DNA of 64,000 nucleotides from Pseudomonadota bacterium (GCA_021325135.1 JAJPHT010000013.1:99815-163814), one strand, 5' to 3'; positions 53,101 to 63,076 are shown, counted from the first letter of the stretch. The notes: a model not told the origin generated them from the sequence alone. Numbers and translations are program-made.

Positions 53101-53241
53101 TCACTTCTGGCGTCTGCGCTGCGCGAGCGCCTTGAACTCCGCGGGCCGCCCGCAGCGCGGGCACCACGGGTTCGCGTGCGCGTCCAGCGTGGGCTCGGTG
53201 CCCTCCCAGCCGCAGCCCAGGCAGACGAAGTCGAAGGGCAT
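53101..53241 (-). CDS. CPxCG-type zinc-finger microprotein (46 aa)
   Basis: Read manually: MPFDFVCLGCGWEGTEPTLDAHANPWCPRCGRPAEFKALAQRRRQK. Confidence 0.7.
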   Translation of the reverse strand: MPFDFVCLGCGWEGTEPTLDAHANPWCPRCGRPAEFKALAQRRRQK

Positions 53242-53324
53242 GCGATCGGCAGCGCGTCCCGGACCATGAAGCCGCGCGACGGGGCGGAAGAGCCAAGCGG
53301 CATCGGGCGGGTGAAGGGGCCAGC

Positions 53325-53615
53325 ATGCCCCTGCGATCGCGGCTCCAGGACAGGCGGGAGGACCTCCTGCGTCTCGCCCGACGGCACGGCGTGGCGACGA
53401 TCCGCCTCTTCGGATCGGCGGCGCGAGGGGAGGACACCGCCGAGAGCGACCTCGACCTCCTCGTGAAGATGGAGCCGGGGCGAAGCCTCCTGGACCTCAT
53501 CGAGTTCGAGCAGGACTGCGAGGACCTCCTCGGCGTGCCGGTGGACGTCCTCACCGAGGGCAGCCTGCACCCGCTCCTGCGCGACACCGTCCTCTCGGAG
53601 GCTGTGCCCGTCTGA
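53325..53615 (+). CDS. MNT (minimal nucleotidyltransferase) antitoxin
   Basis: LFGSAARGED...SDLDLLV, LLG.PVDV. Confidence 0.92.
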   Translation: MPLRSRLQDRREDLLRLARRHGVATIRLFGSAARGEDTAESDLDLLVKMEPGRSLLDLIEFEQDCEDLLGVPVDVLTEGSLHPLLRDTVLSEAVPV

Positions 53616-53956
53616 AGCCCGAGAGCGAAGACCGGGACCGGGTCTATCTGGCGGACATGCTCGCGGCTGCGCTGGCCGCCCTCGATTATGCGCAGGGCGA
53701 CCGGGAGGCGTTCCACGAGGACAAGATGCGGCGCGACGCCATCCTGCGGAATCTGGAGATTCTCGGGGAGGCCGCGAAGCGCGTCTCATCTGCCACCAAG
53801 CTCGCCCATCCGCACGTCCCCCGGCGGGCGATCGCGGGGATGCGGGACAAGCTCATCCACGACTACGGCAACGTCGATGCCGACCTCGTCTGGCGGATCA
53901 TCGAGGACCGGCTTCCCGGTCTTGTGGCCAGCTTGAGGGCCATGACTTCGGCGTGA
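53612..53956 (+). CDS. HEPN (DUF86/HepT-like) RNase toxin
   Basis: D..YLADML, DAILRNLEILGEAAK, GMRDKLIHDY (RX4HXY); start uncertain (CTG overlap, or ATG at 53657). Confidence 0.9.
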   Translation: MKPESEDRDRVYLADMLAAALAALDYAQGDREAFHEDKMRRDAILRNLEILGEAAKRVSSATKLAHPHVPRRAIAGMRDKLIHDYGNVDADLVWRIIEDRLPGLVASLRAMTSA

Positions 53957-54012
53957 CCCGCGTCCCGCCATCAACGTTCGGTTCATGTGCCCGCCCCTCG
54001 TTGGCCTCCCCG

Positions 54013-55368
54013 ATGGCGGACGAGCGCTCCCTCAAGCCGACGCTGGGCCTCCTGAGCGCCACGCTGCTCATCGTGGGCTCCTCCATCGGGAGCGGCATCT
54101 TCCGGCTGCCCAGCAGCATGGCCGCGCAGGTGGGGACCCCCTGGCTCCTCGTGGGCGTGTGGGTGCTCTGCGGCCTGCTCTCGCTGGCGGGCGCGCTGAC
54201 CTTTGCGGAGATGGGCGCCATGTTCCCGCGCGCGGGCGGGCAGTACGTCTTCCTGCGGCAGGCCTACGGCGACCGCGTGGCGTTCCTCTACGGGTGGACC
54301 TTCTTCTGGGTGATCCAGACGGGCATCATCGCGGCGGTGGCGACGGCGTTCGCGGGCTTCTTCGCCGTGCTCGTGCCGCTCTCGGGCCTCCAGGTGAAGC
54401 TCGTCGCCATGGGCGTCATCGCCCTGCTCTCGGCGGTCAACTACGTGGGCGTGAAGTACGGCGGCCTCGTGAGCAACGTGTTCACGGGCCTCAAGCTCAT
54501 CGCCCTCGCGGCGCTGGTCGTGGCGGGCTTCGTCCTCGTGAAGGGCGCGGGCAACTACGCGATGCCCGTGGTGAGCCCGAGCACGCCCAACGTCGTGGGC
54601 GCGGTGGGCCTCGCCATGGCGGCGGCGTTCTTCGCCTACGACGGCTGGAACCAGAGCGCGTTCGTCGCCTCGGAGATCAAGGAGCCGCAGCGCAACGTGC
54701 CCCTCTCCATGCTCCTGGGCACGCTGGGCGTGATGCTGGTCTACGTGCTGGCGAACCTGGTGTACGTCCACGTGCTCCCGTTCGACCAGGTGAGCCACAC
54801 GGCGACGCTGGCCTCCGACGTGGCGAAGGTCCTCTTCGGGCCCGTGGGCGCGACGCTCATCACCATCGCCGTCCTCGTCTCCACCTTCGGCACCGTGAAC
54901 GCCTACGTGCTCTCGGGGCCGCGCGTCTACTACGCCATGGCGAAGGATGGGCTCTCGTACCCGGGCCTCGCGGGCGTGAGCAGGCGCTTCTCGACGCCCG
55001 ACTTCGCCATCCTCGTGCAGGCCGAGTGGGCGATGCTCCTCGTGCTCACGGGGAGCTACGACTCGCTGGTGAACTTCAGCGTGCTGGGCATCTGGCTCTT
55101 CTACGGCGTCGCGGGCGTGGGGCTCTTCCTGCTGCGGCGCAGGATGCCCCACGCGGAGCGGCCCTACCGGACGACGCTCTACCCCGTGGTGCCCATCCTG
55201 TTCATCGCGACGAGCCTCTTCATCGTCGTGAACGGCCTGCTCAACGACACGCGCAACGCGCTCATCGGCCTCGGCCTCATCCTCACGGGCGTCCCCGCGC
55301 TGGCGTTCCTGGAGTGGCGCAAGCGGAGGGCCGCGAGCGTCGGCGTCGAGGAGCCCGCCTCAGCGTAG
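54013..55368 (+). CDS. APC-family amino acid permease
   Basis: IGSGIF, AEMGAMFPRAGG.Y, FAYDGW, EIKEP.RNVP, R..YAMAKDG, RPYR. Confidence 0.95.
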   Translation: MADERSLKPTLGLLSATLLIVGSSIGSGIFRLPSSMAAQVGTPWLLVGVWVLCGLLSLAGALTFAEMGAMFPRAGGQYVFLRQAYGDRVAFLYGWTFFWVIQTGIIAAVATAFAGFFAVLVPLSGLQVKLVAMGVIALLSAVNYVGVKYGGLVSNVFTGLKLIALAALVVAGFVLVKGAGNYAMPVVSPSTPNVVGAVGLAMAAAFFAYDGWNQSAFVASEIKEPQRNVPLSMLLGTLGVMLVYVLANLVYVHVLPFDQVSHTATLASDVAKVLFGPVGATLITIAVLVSTFGTVNAYVLSGPRVYYAMAKDGLSYPGLAGVSRRFSTPDFAILVQAEWAMLLVLTGSYDSLVNFSVLGIWLFYGVAGVGLFLLRRRMPHAERPYRTTLYPVVPILFIATSLFIVVNGLLNDTRNALIGLGLILTGVPALAFLEWRKRRAASVGVEEPASA

Positions 55369-56154
55369 CAGGAGGACGCTCGTCGCCACGTGGCGCGCCA
55401 CGTCCTCGGTGAAGCTGTGCCCCAGCACGAGGCGGTGGAGAAGCCCCACGGGCCGCGCGCGGGCGACGACGAGCCAGTAGCGGCCCGAGTTCGCCTCGTC
55501 GAGGATCTCGCTCTCCACGAGCCCCTCGCGGAAGCGCGCCTCCACCTCGACGCCGCGCTGCCGGAGCGCCTCCGCGTTGCGCTGGATCGCCGGGTCCTCC
55601 AACGTGGCCTGCGCGGCCTGCCCCGCGCTCGCCTGGAAGTGCCCCATGCCGAAGACCTGCTCGTCCTCCGCGGGCCGCACGTGGACGAGGGTCACGGGCG
55701 AGCCGACGGCCTTGGCCAAGGTGGCCGTGACGTCCAGCATCCTTGGGCTGGGGCGCCCGCCGGCCAGGAGGATGCGGCGGCCCACGGGCGAGGCGTCGCC
55801 GCGCAGCGCCAGCACGGGCCGGTCGCACGACTCGACGACCTTCTCGACGGTGTCGCCGAACACGCGGCGCAGGAGGCCCGGGTGGCGGTCGTGCGCGCGC
55901 ACGACGACGAGGTCGGCCTTCTCGCCGCGCGCCCGCTCCAGGATCGCCTTCGCGGGGTCGCCCGAGGCCATGACCAGCGTCACGCTGGCGCCCGCCTCGC
56001 GCAGGCGCTCAAGCGCCTCCTGCACGGCGGGGGGCGGGGCAGCCGCGTCGCCCACGTGGAGGAGCGTGACGTCGCCCCCGGCGGCGAGGCGGCCGACGGC
56101 GTCCAGCGTGGCGGGGGCGTAGGGCTTGGAGGAGACGGCGACGAGGAGCTTCAC
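55360..56154 (-). CDS. Tandem universal stress protein
   Basis: GDPAKAIL, ADLVVV, FGDTVEKVV...RPVL; second domain LGHSFTEDV. Confidence 0.88.
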   Translation of the reverse strand: MKLLVAVSSKPYAPATLDAVGRLAAGGDVTLLHVGDAAAPPPAVQEALERLREAGASVTLVMASGDPAKAILERARGEKADLVVVRAHDRHPGLLRRVFGDTVEKVVESCDRPVLALRGDASPVGRRILLAGGRPSPRMLDVTATLAKAVGSPVTLVHVRPAEDEQVFGMGHFQASAGQAAQATLEDPAIQRNAEALRQRGVEVEARFREGLVESEILDEANSGRYWLVVARARPVGLLHRLVLGHSFTEDVARHVATSVLLLR

Positions 56155-57248
56155 GACCTCACCTTCCTGCGGCGTCCGCGCGCGGGGGGCTCGGGGGGCT
56201 GCACGTCCTCGGTGATGGCCGCGAGGGCGGCGCCCGCGTCCGCGTCGAGCCGCGCGTAGTAGCGCGCTTCCAGGATGCCGCGCACCAGCGCGCGGAGGAT
56301 GACCAGCGAGATGAACAGGGCTGCGCCCACGAGGAGGATGACCGAGGCCTGGCTGGCGTGCGGCACGCCCAGGCGGCCCCCCACCTCCTTGATGGTGAGC
56401 GCGATGGCGGGCAGCAGCACGGAGAGGCCGAAGTAGAGGCGGATGCGGAGCCCCTTCACGAACTGCGTCGCGAGGGCGCCCACCTGCGCGCCCAGGGCCG
56501 CGCCCACGAGCATGACGGCCGCGACCGCGACGATGGTCCGGCCCGCCAGCGAGTAGAGGAACGCGCCGATGCCCGCGCTGAAGATGATCTCAAAAAGGTC
56601 GGTCCCCACCGCGATCTTCGTGGGCACGCCCAGGAGGTACACGAGCGAGGGCATGCGGATGAAGCCCGCCCCCACGCCCAGAAGGCCCGACGCGACGCCC
56701 GTGACGAGGGCGAGGAGGAAGGGGACCCACGCGCTGATGCGCGGGATGCCCGAGGCGGGGAGCGACAGGTAGGGCGGGAGCTTGAGGGCCTGCACCTTCT
56801 CGTAGAGGCGCACCTTGCCGGCCCCCCGCGGCGCGCGCGTCACGGCGGCGCGGCGGTAGTCCCACAGGACGTAGCCCGAGATGAAGAACAGGATGAGGAT
56901 GTAGAGGATGCGCACGACGCTGTCCGCGTTGCCCGCGCGCTCCAGCGCGAGGAGCGCCGTCTCGCCGATCTTCAGGCCGATGGCGGTGCCCACGATCATG
57001 AACGCGCCCAGGCGCACGTCCACGTGGCCGAAGCGGCGGTGCTTGATGGTCGCGACGATGCTCTTGCCCATGGTGTGCAGCAGGTCCGTGCCGACGGCGA
57101 ACGCGATGGGCAGGCCCAGGAGGTTGAGGCCGGGCGTCACGATCCACGTGCCGCCGACCCCGAAGAAGCCGCCCAGGACGCCCACGACGAAGCCCAGGAG
57201 GACGAGCAGCAGGACGCTGATGCCCGCCACCGCGGGAATCGCGATCAT
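56151..57248 (-). CDS. TauE/SafE sulfite-exporter-family membrane protein
   Basis: GFFGVGG....P, AVGTDL, GLLGVGAGFI..P...Y.LG...AVGTDLF. Confidence 0.92.
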   Translation of the reverse strand: MIAIPAVAGISVLLLVLLGFVVGVLGGFFGVGGTWIVTPGLNLLGLPIAFAVGTDLLHTMGKSIVATIKHRRFGHVDVRLGAFMIVGTAIGLKIGETALLALERAGNADSVVRILYILILFFISGYVLWDYRRAAVTRAPRGAGKVRLYEKVQALKLPPYLSLPASGIPRISAWVPFLLALVTGVASGLLGVGAGFIRMPSLVYLLGVPTKIAVGTDLFEIIFSAGIGAFLYSLAGRTIVAVAAVMLVGAALGAQVGALATQFVKGLRIRLYFGLSVLLPAIALTIKEVGGRLGVPHASQASVILLVGAALFISLVILRALVRGILEARYYARLDADAGAALAAITEDVQPPEPPARGRRRKVRS

Positions 57249-57373
57249 TCGCCGAGGTCCCCCGGCCGCTCGGGGTGCCATCGCCTCAGGATGAGGTCGG
57301 CGAGGTAGCCCAGGATCAGGCCCTCCGCGGCGATGCCGGCGACGACCGCGGCCGCGAGCAGCCAGCCTTGCAC
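57245..57373 (-). CDS. Single-TM microprotein (42 aa) translationally coupled to the TauE gene
   Basis: GGAG RBS, GTG start, MQGWLLAAAVVAGIAAEGLILGYLADLILRRWHPERPGDLGE, ATGA overlap. Confidence 0.6.
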   Translation of the reverse strand: MQGWLLAAAVVAGIAAEGLILGYLADLILRRWHPERPGDLGE

Positions 57374-57478
57374 GGCTCCTGCCCGCGTCGCGGGAGGCCA
57401 TGACCGTTGTCGCTAGATCGCCGATGCGGCAACCGGCCTCCGGCAAAGGGTAAGCACCTCGCCCCCCGTGGCGGGGCC

Positions 57479-58081
57479 GTGACAGCGACCTTCCACGCGG
57501 GGAGCCGCGAGCTTCAGGACCGCTTCGGGACGCGCCGCATCGCGGACCGCATCGACGAGCTGCTCGTGCGCGACGCGCTGGGGGAGGAGGAGCGCGCCAC
57601 CGTCGAGGCCGCGGACATGTTCTTCCTCGCGACGGCCGACGAGGAGGGGAAGCCCACGTGCTCCTACAAGGGCGGCGACCCGGGCTTCGTCAAGGTCGTG
57701 GACCCGAAGACGATCGCATGGCCCAACCACGACGGGAACGGCATGTACCTCAGCACGGGGAACCTTTCCCGGAACCCGCACGTCGGGCTGCTGTTCGTGA
57801 ATTTTGAGGACCCCGACCGCCTGCGCATCCAGGGGGAGGCCTCGATCCGTATGGACGATCCCCTGCTATCAGAATGGCCCGAGGCGCAGTTCGTCGTCCG
57901 CGTCGCGGTGCGGCAGGTCTTCCCCAACTGCCCGCGCTACGTCCACCGGATGAAGCTCGTGGAGCGAAGCGCGTTCGTGCCCCGGGAGGGGTGCGCGACG
58001 CCGGTCCCCGGCTGGAAGCGCGCGCCGTGGGCCAACCCGTACCTGCCCGAGGGCGATCCCGCGCGTCAGCGCAGCGGATAG
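57479..58081 (+). CDS. Pyridoxamine 5'-phosphate oxidase-family FMN-binding protein
   Basis: FFLAT, CSYKGG.PGFV, DGNGMY.S.GN...NPHVGLLF, FPNCPRY. Confidence 0.9.
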   Translation: MTATFHAGSRELQDRFGTRRIADRIDELLVRDALGEEERATVEAADMFFLATADEEGKPTCSYKGGDPGFVKVVDPKTIAWPNHDGNGMYLSTGNLSRNPHVGLLFVNFEDPDRLRIQGEASIRMDDPLLSEWPEAQFVVRVAVRQVFPNCPRYVHRMKLVERSAFVPREGCATPVPGWKRAPWANPYLPEGDPARQRSG

Positions 58082-59193
58082 CGGCGCCCCTTCCACACCG
58101 CGCCGCGGCCCGTGAGGCGGTCGAACGCGCTGGCCACGAGCACCGCGCCGAAGAACGCGAACCCCAGGGGGTGCAGCAGCGCATCGGGCCAGCCGGGGCC
58201 GTCCGTCGTCTCCTGCGCCTTGCGGACGCGCCACGAGACGAGGAGCCACGCCGAGGCCAGAAGCAGCGCGGCGATCCACTCGCGCTGCGCCAGGGCGAGG
58301 AGCGCCAGCGGCGCCGCGAAGAGGCCCGCGGCGAAGCTCGCGGCGGTGAGCGCGAAGGCGGGCGCGGGCGTGTGCGCGGCGCCGGTCGCGACGTTCTTGC
58401 GCCAGCCGCGGAACATCTCGCGGCCTCCGCGGTACATGCGCACGCGCACGGAGTCCGAGAGGTCCCAGAACGAGGCGCGGACGCCGGAGAGCGCCGCCAG
58501 CCGCGCGAGGGCCAGGTCCTCGACGACGCTCCCCTTCACGGCCTCGTGCCCGCCAAGCCTGTCGTAGGCGCTGGCGCGGAAGAGGAGGTACTGCCCGTTG
58601 CCGATGGCGTGCTCGGGATCGCGGATCGCCTCGTCGCCCGCGCCGCGCGCCGCCGCGTGGATGAGCGTGAAGGTGGCGGGCATCGCGACGCGCTCCGCGG
58701 CGCTGCCAAGCTCCTGCCGCGTGAGGCCCGTGAGGAGGTCCGCGTCCTGCGCGGCCGCCAGCGCGCGGGCCAGGCTCTGCGGCGCGTGCGCGGTGTCCGC
58801 GTCGGTGAAGAGGAGCCACTCGCCCGTCGCGGCCTGGCGGCCGTTCCAGCACGCCCAGCACTTGCCGACCCAGCCGGGAGGCAGCGGCGGCTCGTCGAGC
58901 ACGCGCAGGCGCGGGTCCTCGCGGGCCATGAGGAGCGCCAGCTCGCGCGAGCCGTCGGTGCTTCCGCCGTCCACGACGAGGACCTCCACGTCGACGCCCT
59001 CCAGCGCAAGGAGGCTCGCGAGGCAGCGCGTCAGGTTGCGCGCCTCGTCGCGCGACGGGACGATGACGCTGACGCGCGCGCCCAGCCTCGATGGGCGGCC
59101 GGGGAGGCGCGGCGGCGGGGGCTCGCGCAGCAGCAGCGCGCCCGCCAGCGCGCAGGCCAGCAGCACGATCGCCAGCGCCAGGAGCCACGCCAC
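58066..59193 (-). CDS. GT2 glycosyltransferase (CrtQ/HpnB-like)
   Basis: VSVIVPSRDE, VVDGGSTD, PPGWVGK, FTDAD, NGQYLL, VEDLALA, RMY. Confidence 0.9.
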   Translation of the reverse strand: MAWLLALAIVLLACALAGALLLREPPPPRLPGRPSRLGARVSVIVPSRDEARNLTRCLASLLALEGVDVEVLVVDGGSTDGSRELALLMAREDPRLRVLDEPPLPPGWVGKCWACWNGRQAATGEWLLFTDADTAHAPQSLARALAAAQDADLLTGLTRQELGSAAERVAMPATFTLIHAAARGAGDEAIRDPEHAIGNGQYLLFRASAYDRLGGHEAVKGSVVEDLALARLAALSGVRASFWDLSDSVRVRMYRGGREMFRGWRKNVATGAAHTPAPAFALTAASFAAGLFAAPLALLALAQREWIAALLLASAWLLVSWRVRKAQETTDGPGWPDALLHPLGFAFFGAVLVASAFDRLTGRGAVWKGRRYPLR

Positions 59194-59251
59194 GCGCCGC
59201 GACTCGGCGCGTCGGGCATAAGCCTAAGCGACGGGTCGCAGGTGCCCGCGC

Positions 59252-59692
59252 GTGGGCCACGACGTGCGCCGCATCTCGGCGGCCGAGACGCACCCGCTGA
59301 GGCAGGCCATCCTCCGCCCCCACCAGGACGAGGGGGCCGTGCGCTGGCCGGGCGACGACGCGGCGGACACGGTCCACTTCGGCGCGTTCGCCGGGGGCCG
59401 GCTCGTCGGCGTGGGCACGCTGCTGCGCGAGGCGCCCAAGGGCTCCTCCGACCCGCGCGCATGGCGCCTGCGCGGCATGGCGACGCACCCCGACGTGCGC
59501 GGCCAGGGGCACGGCGCCGCCATCGTGCGCGCCGCGCTGGAGCACGCCCGCGCCCAGGGCGCCACGCGGATGTGGTTCAACGCGCGCACCAGCGCGGTCC
59601 CCTTCTACGAGAAGCTGGGCTTCGTCCGCTCGGGCCACGAGTTCTTCGTCCCCGACGCGGGCCCGCACTACTACATGGACGTGCGGCTTTAG
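59252..59692 (+). CDS. GNAT acetyltransferase
   Basis: LRQAILRP, LRGMAT...RGQGHG, WFNAR..A..FYEKLGF. Confidence 0.92.
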   Translation: MGHDVRRISAAETHPLRQAILRPHQDEGAVRWPGDDAADTVHFGAFAGGRLVGVGTLLREAPKGSSDPRAWRLRGMATHPDVRGQGHGAAIVRAALEHARAQGATRMWFNARTSAVPFYEKLGFVRSGHEFFVPDAGPHYYMDVRL

Positions 59693-61173
59693 CTCCGCGG
59701 CGGGCACGCCGAGCCGCACGTCAATTCGTAGACGTACATCTCGTCGCCCGGCGACAGGCTGCCCACGTGGTCGAGCAATTGATAGCGCGAGTCCCCCGTG
59801 GGCACGCTCATCACGAGGACGACGTGGTCGTAGCCCGCGCCGCGGGAGGCGTTCTCCAGCTTCCACCCGACGTCTCCGGGATGGTGGAACGTCTCGTCGT
59901 CCTGCACGGTCCAGCGCACGTAGGAGCGCGTCTCCATGGTCTGGAGGAAGAGGGCCTGCGGCGCGTCCTTCCCCAGCGGCGCGAGGAGAGGGGGCGCGAT
60001 GAAGTCGGGGAACACGCCCACGAGCGTGCGGTTTCCCACGAGGCCGTGCTCCTTGAGGTACGCCGCGGCGCCGGGGCCGCCGGAGAAGGGCTGGGCCGCG
60101 TCGGCGCGCACCGCGACCGCCGTCGCCGCGACCTGCGCGACGAGGAGGAGCGCGAGCGCCACGGCCGCGACGGGGCGGCCCCGGGGGCGCGGCCCCTCGA
60201 CGCGGGCGATCCACACGCAGAGGAGGAACGCGACGAACAGCATGCCGTGGTGCCGCATCTGGCCCGCCACCAGGGAGCGCGTGTAGTAGAGCGCGACGAG
60301 GGCGCCGGAGAGGCCCAGCCACAGGAGAAGGACGCGCGGCTGGCGGCGGAACGGCAGGAGGGAGAGGGCCCACGCGGCGAGGCCGAGAAGGACGAGCGGC
60401 GCGCCGCCCAGGAGCGGATCGAGGAGGTTGGCGTTCCAGCGCCACGCGGTCCACGAGCCCAGCGGGAAGAACGCATGCAGCACGCCGCGCGCCGCGTCCA
60501 CGAGGGCGTAGCGGTCGGGCCGGAGGACCCACTCGAAGCGCCACGGGGCGACGTCGGGGGCGGGGATCATCTGCCACCACGCGAGGAGGACGCCCAGCGC
60601 CGCGGGCGCCGCGACGAGGAGGGCCCGGCGCCGCGCGCGCTCCGAGAGCGCCTCCGCGCCGTAGGCGGCCCCCAGGACGAGGGCCATGAGCATGCCAAGG
60701 CCCGTGGTGTTGGCCAGGGCGAGCAGCAGGAGCCCATGCCGGAGCGGATGCTCGCGCCGGGCCGGGTGCGCCGCGGCGAGGGCGAAGACGAGGAGCACGC
60801 CCAGCACGTAGCTGCGCGCGATGGCGTCGTACTCGTAGGCGAGGAAGTAGCTGCCCGCCAGGAGCCACTGCTCCAGCCGCGAGAAGGGGCCCGCGAGGAC
60901 GAGGACGCCCATCGCCGCGACCGCGAGGACGAGGTGCAGCACGCGCTCCGCCAGGAAGGGAGCGCCCATCTTCGCCAGCGGCCACAGGAGGAGGTACCAC
61001 AGGGCGGGCGAGCCCTCCGAGTCCATGTCGCGGAAGAGGTTCGCGCTGTCGCGGGCGATCATCCACGGCTGCGCCTCGTCGCGCCACGGCTCGTGGATCC
61101 ACAGGTAGGCCAGCGAGAGAAGGGCGAACGCCGGCAGGGGGGAGAGCAGGAGCTTCCTCGCGCGCTCGTGCAT
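59689..61173 (-). CDS. Polytopic membrane protein, GT-C-type glycosyltransferase-like
   Basis: HEPWRDEAQ.W..AR, EG.P.LW, YEY..IARSY, many TM helices. Confidence 0.7.
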   Translation of the reverse strand: MHERARKLLLSPLPAFALLSLAYLWIHEPWRDEAQPWMIARDSANLFRDMDSEGSPALWYLLLWPLAKMGAPFLAERVLHLVLAVAAMGVLVLAGPFSRLEQWLLAGSYFLAYEYDAIARSYVLGVLLVFALAAAHPARREHPLRHGLLLLALANTTGLGMLMALVLGAAYGAEALSERARRRALLVAAPAALGVLLAWWQMIPAPDVAPWRFEWVLRPDRYALVDAARGVLHAFFPLGSWTAWRWNANLLDPLLGGAPLVLLGLAAWALSLLPFRRQPRVLLLWLGLSGALVALYYTRSLVAGQMRHHGMLFVAFLLCVWIARVEGPRPRGRPVAAVALALLLVAQVAATAVAVRADAAQPFSGGPGAAAYLKEHGLVGNRTLVGVFPDFIAPPLLAPLGKDAPQALFLQTMETRSYVRWTVQDDETFHHPGDVGWKLENASRGAGYDHVVLVMSVPTGDSRYQLLDHVGSLSPGDEMYVYELTCGSACPPRS

Positions 61174-61252
61174 CGCCAGCCGGAACGCGCGGACCCCGCT
61201 TGACCGTGCCTCTCCCCGAAACCTTCATCGCCAGGCCACGAATCGTCGCCCG

Positions 61253-63076
61253 ATGGCCGAGCCCCGCGCGCTCGTCGGCGCCGATCAGGTCAGCTTCGCG
61301 TTCGGCGGGCACCACGTCTTCTCCGGCGCCTCGTGGGTGATCCGCGAAGGCGAGCGCGTGGCGCTGGTGGGGCCCAACGGCGCGGGCAAGACGACGTTCA
61401 TCAAGCTCCTCCTGGGGAAGCTCAAGCCCGACCTGGGCGAGGTCGAGATGGAGCCCGGCCTGCGCTACGGCTACCTCACGCAGCAGTTCGAGTTCGCGCC
61501 CGACGCCACCGTGGGCGGCCTCCTCACCGAGCTTCCGCCGCAGGCGCTTGCGATCCAGGAGGAGATGGCCGGCATCGAGGCGCGCATGGCGGAGGCCGCC
61601 TTCTACGAGGAGCCCGGCTACGAGGACGTGCTGAAGCACTACGGCGAATTGCAGCGCGAGTTCCAGGTGCTCAGCAGCAAGGGCGACGCCAACGCGGCGC
61701 TCTCGTTCCTCCAGGAGCTTGGCCTGCCCGACATCACGCTGGAGACGAGGATGCGCACGCTTTCGGGCGGGCAGAAGACGCGCGTCCTCCTCGCCAAGGC
61801 GCTGGCCAACTGGAAGGACATGGACCTCCTCATCCTCGACGAGCCCACGAACCACCTCGACATCGAGACCGTCGAGTGGCTGGAGGACTTCCTCGTCAAC
61901 AAGTACGGCAACGCGCTCCTGCTCGTGGCCCACGACCAATACCTCATGGACAACCTCGCCACCAAGGTGCTGGAGATCGAGGAGCGGAAGGTCTGGGAGT
62001 GGGAGGGCAACTACACCGCCTACCTGGAGCAGAAGGCCGCCGTGCAGGCCGCCCTCGAAGCGCGGCGCCGGCGCGAGATGGAGGAGTACAAGCGGCAGCT
62101 CCAGATCATCGAGGAGATCAAGCGCCGCAACCGCTTCGACCACCAGGCCGCGAGCAAGGCGACGCGCCTGGAGAAGTTCCAGAAGACCATGGCCGCCGGG
62201 GCCGCCTCCGCGCAGCGCGCCAACTTCCGCCTCAACCTCAAGAGCGTCCAGAAGTCCAGCAACGACGTGCTCTACGCCGAGGGGCTGACGAAGCGCTTCG
62301 GCTCCAACGCGCTGCTGGAGGGCGCCGCGTTCAGCATCGCCAAGGGGGACAAGGTCGGCCTCATCGGGCCCAACGGCGCGGGCAAGACCACGCTGCTGCG
62401 CATGATCATGGGCCTGGAGAAGCCGACCTCCGGCGCGCTGGAGGTTTCCCCCGGCGTCAAGATCGGCTTCTTCGACCAGGAGCACGCGGGCCTCCAGCCC
62501 GGCCGCACCCTCATCGACGAGGTGCGCGCCACGAGGAAGATGGGCGAGGAGGAGGCGCGCGGCCTCCTGGGGCGCTTCAACTTCAAGGGCGACGACGCGT
62601 TCAAGAGCGTCGAAAAGCTGTCGGGCGGCGAGAAGGCGCGCATGGCGCTCCTCAAGTTCACCATCGGCGACACGAACATGCTCGTGCTCGACGAGCCCAC
62701 GAACCACCTGGACTTGGGCAGCCAGAAGGTCGTCGAGGAGGCCATCAAGAAGTACGACGGCACCGTGCTCGTCGTCTCCCACGACCGCCACTTCCTCGAC
62801 GCCGTGGTCAACAAGATCGCCGTGGTCGCGAACCGCAAGGTGGGCGTCTTCCCCGGCAACTTCTCCGAGACGCGCACGCTCACCAAGCTCAACGAGTTCA
62901 TGGGCGCGGGCGAGGCGCAGCGCTTCGTCGTGCGCCAGGCGTTCCACGACTACGACCAGGACCGCCACTACTCCACGGGCGAGACCGTGCTGGTCACCGG
63001 CGGCGAGACGCAGACGACGAAACGCCTCTTCCGGCTGGCCATTGAGCGCGGGTGGCTGGAGCCGCGCGACGTCTAG
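61253..63076 (+). CDS. ABC-F family ribosome-associated ATPase
   Basis: Two NBDs (GPNGAGKTT, LSGG, LDEPTNHLD, HD), GNY linker, no TM domain. Confidence 0.95.
   Translation: MAEPRALVGADQVSFAFGGHHVFSGASWVIREGERVALVGPNGAGKTTFIKLLLGKLKPDLGEVEMEPGLRYGYLTQQFEFAPDATVGGLLTELPPQALAIQEEMAGIEARMAEAAFYEEPGYEDVLKHYGELQREFQVLSSKGDANAALSFLQELGLPDITLETRMRTLSGGQKTRVLLAKALANWKDMDLLILDEPTNHLDIETVEWLEDFLVNKYGNALLLVAHDQYLMDNLATKVLEIEERKVWEWEGNYTAYLEQKAAVQAALEARRRREMEEYKRQLQIIEEIKRRNRFDHQAASKATRLEKFQKTMAAGAASAQRANFRLNLKSVQKSSNDVLYAEGLTKRFGSNALLEGAAFSIAKGDKVGLIGPNGAGKTTLLRMIMGLEKPTSGALEVSPGVKIGFFDQEHAGLQPGRTLIDEVRATRKMGEEEARGLLGRFNFKGDDAFKSVEKLSGGEKARMALLKFTIGDTNMLVLDEPTNHLDLGSQKVVEEAIKKYDGTVLVVSHDRHFLDAVVNKIAVVANRKVGVFPGNFSETRTLTKLNEFMGAGEAQRFVVRQAFHDYDQDRHYSTGETVLVTGGETQTTKRLFRLAIERGWLEPRDV

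Noticed and set aside
53325-53956. Defence island around the HEPN-MNT pair (and VapBC at 63073-63730)
   Set aside because: These are ordinary stand-alone TA pairs amid housekeeping genes; no other defence or mobility genes are nearby.
57869-62968. 1699-aa minus-strand ORF, and similar long ORFs such as 40067-43525, 25276-28107, 20635-23499 and 13965-16619
   Set aside because: Shadow frames caused by high GC. They are Arg/Gly/Ala-rich, lack motifs and overlap well-supported genes.
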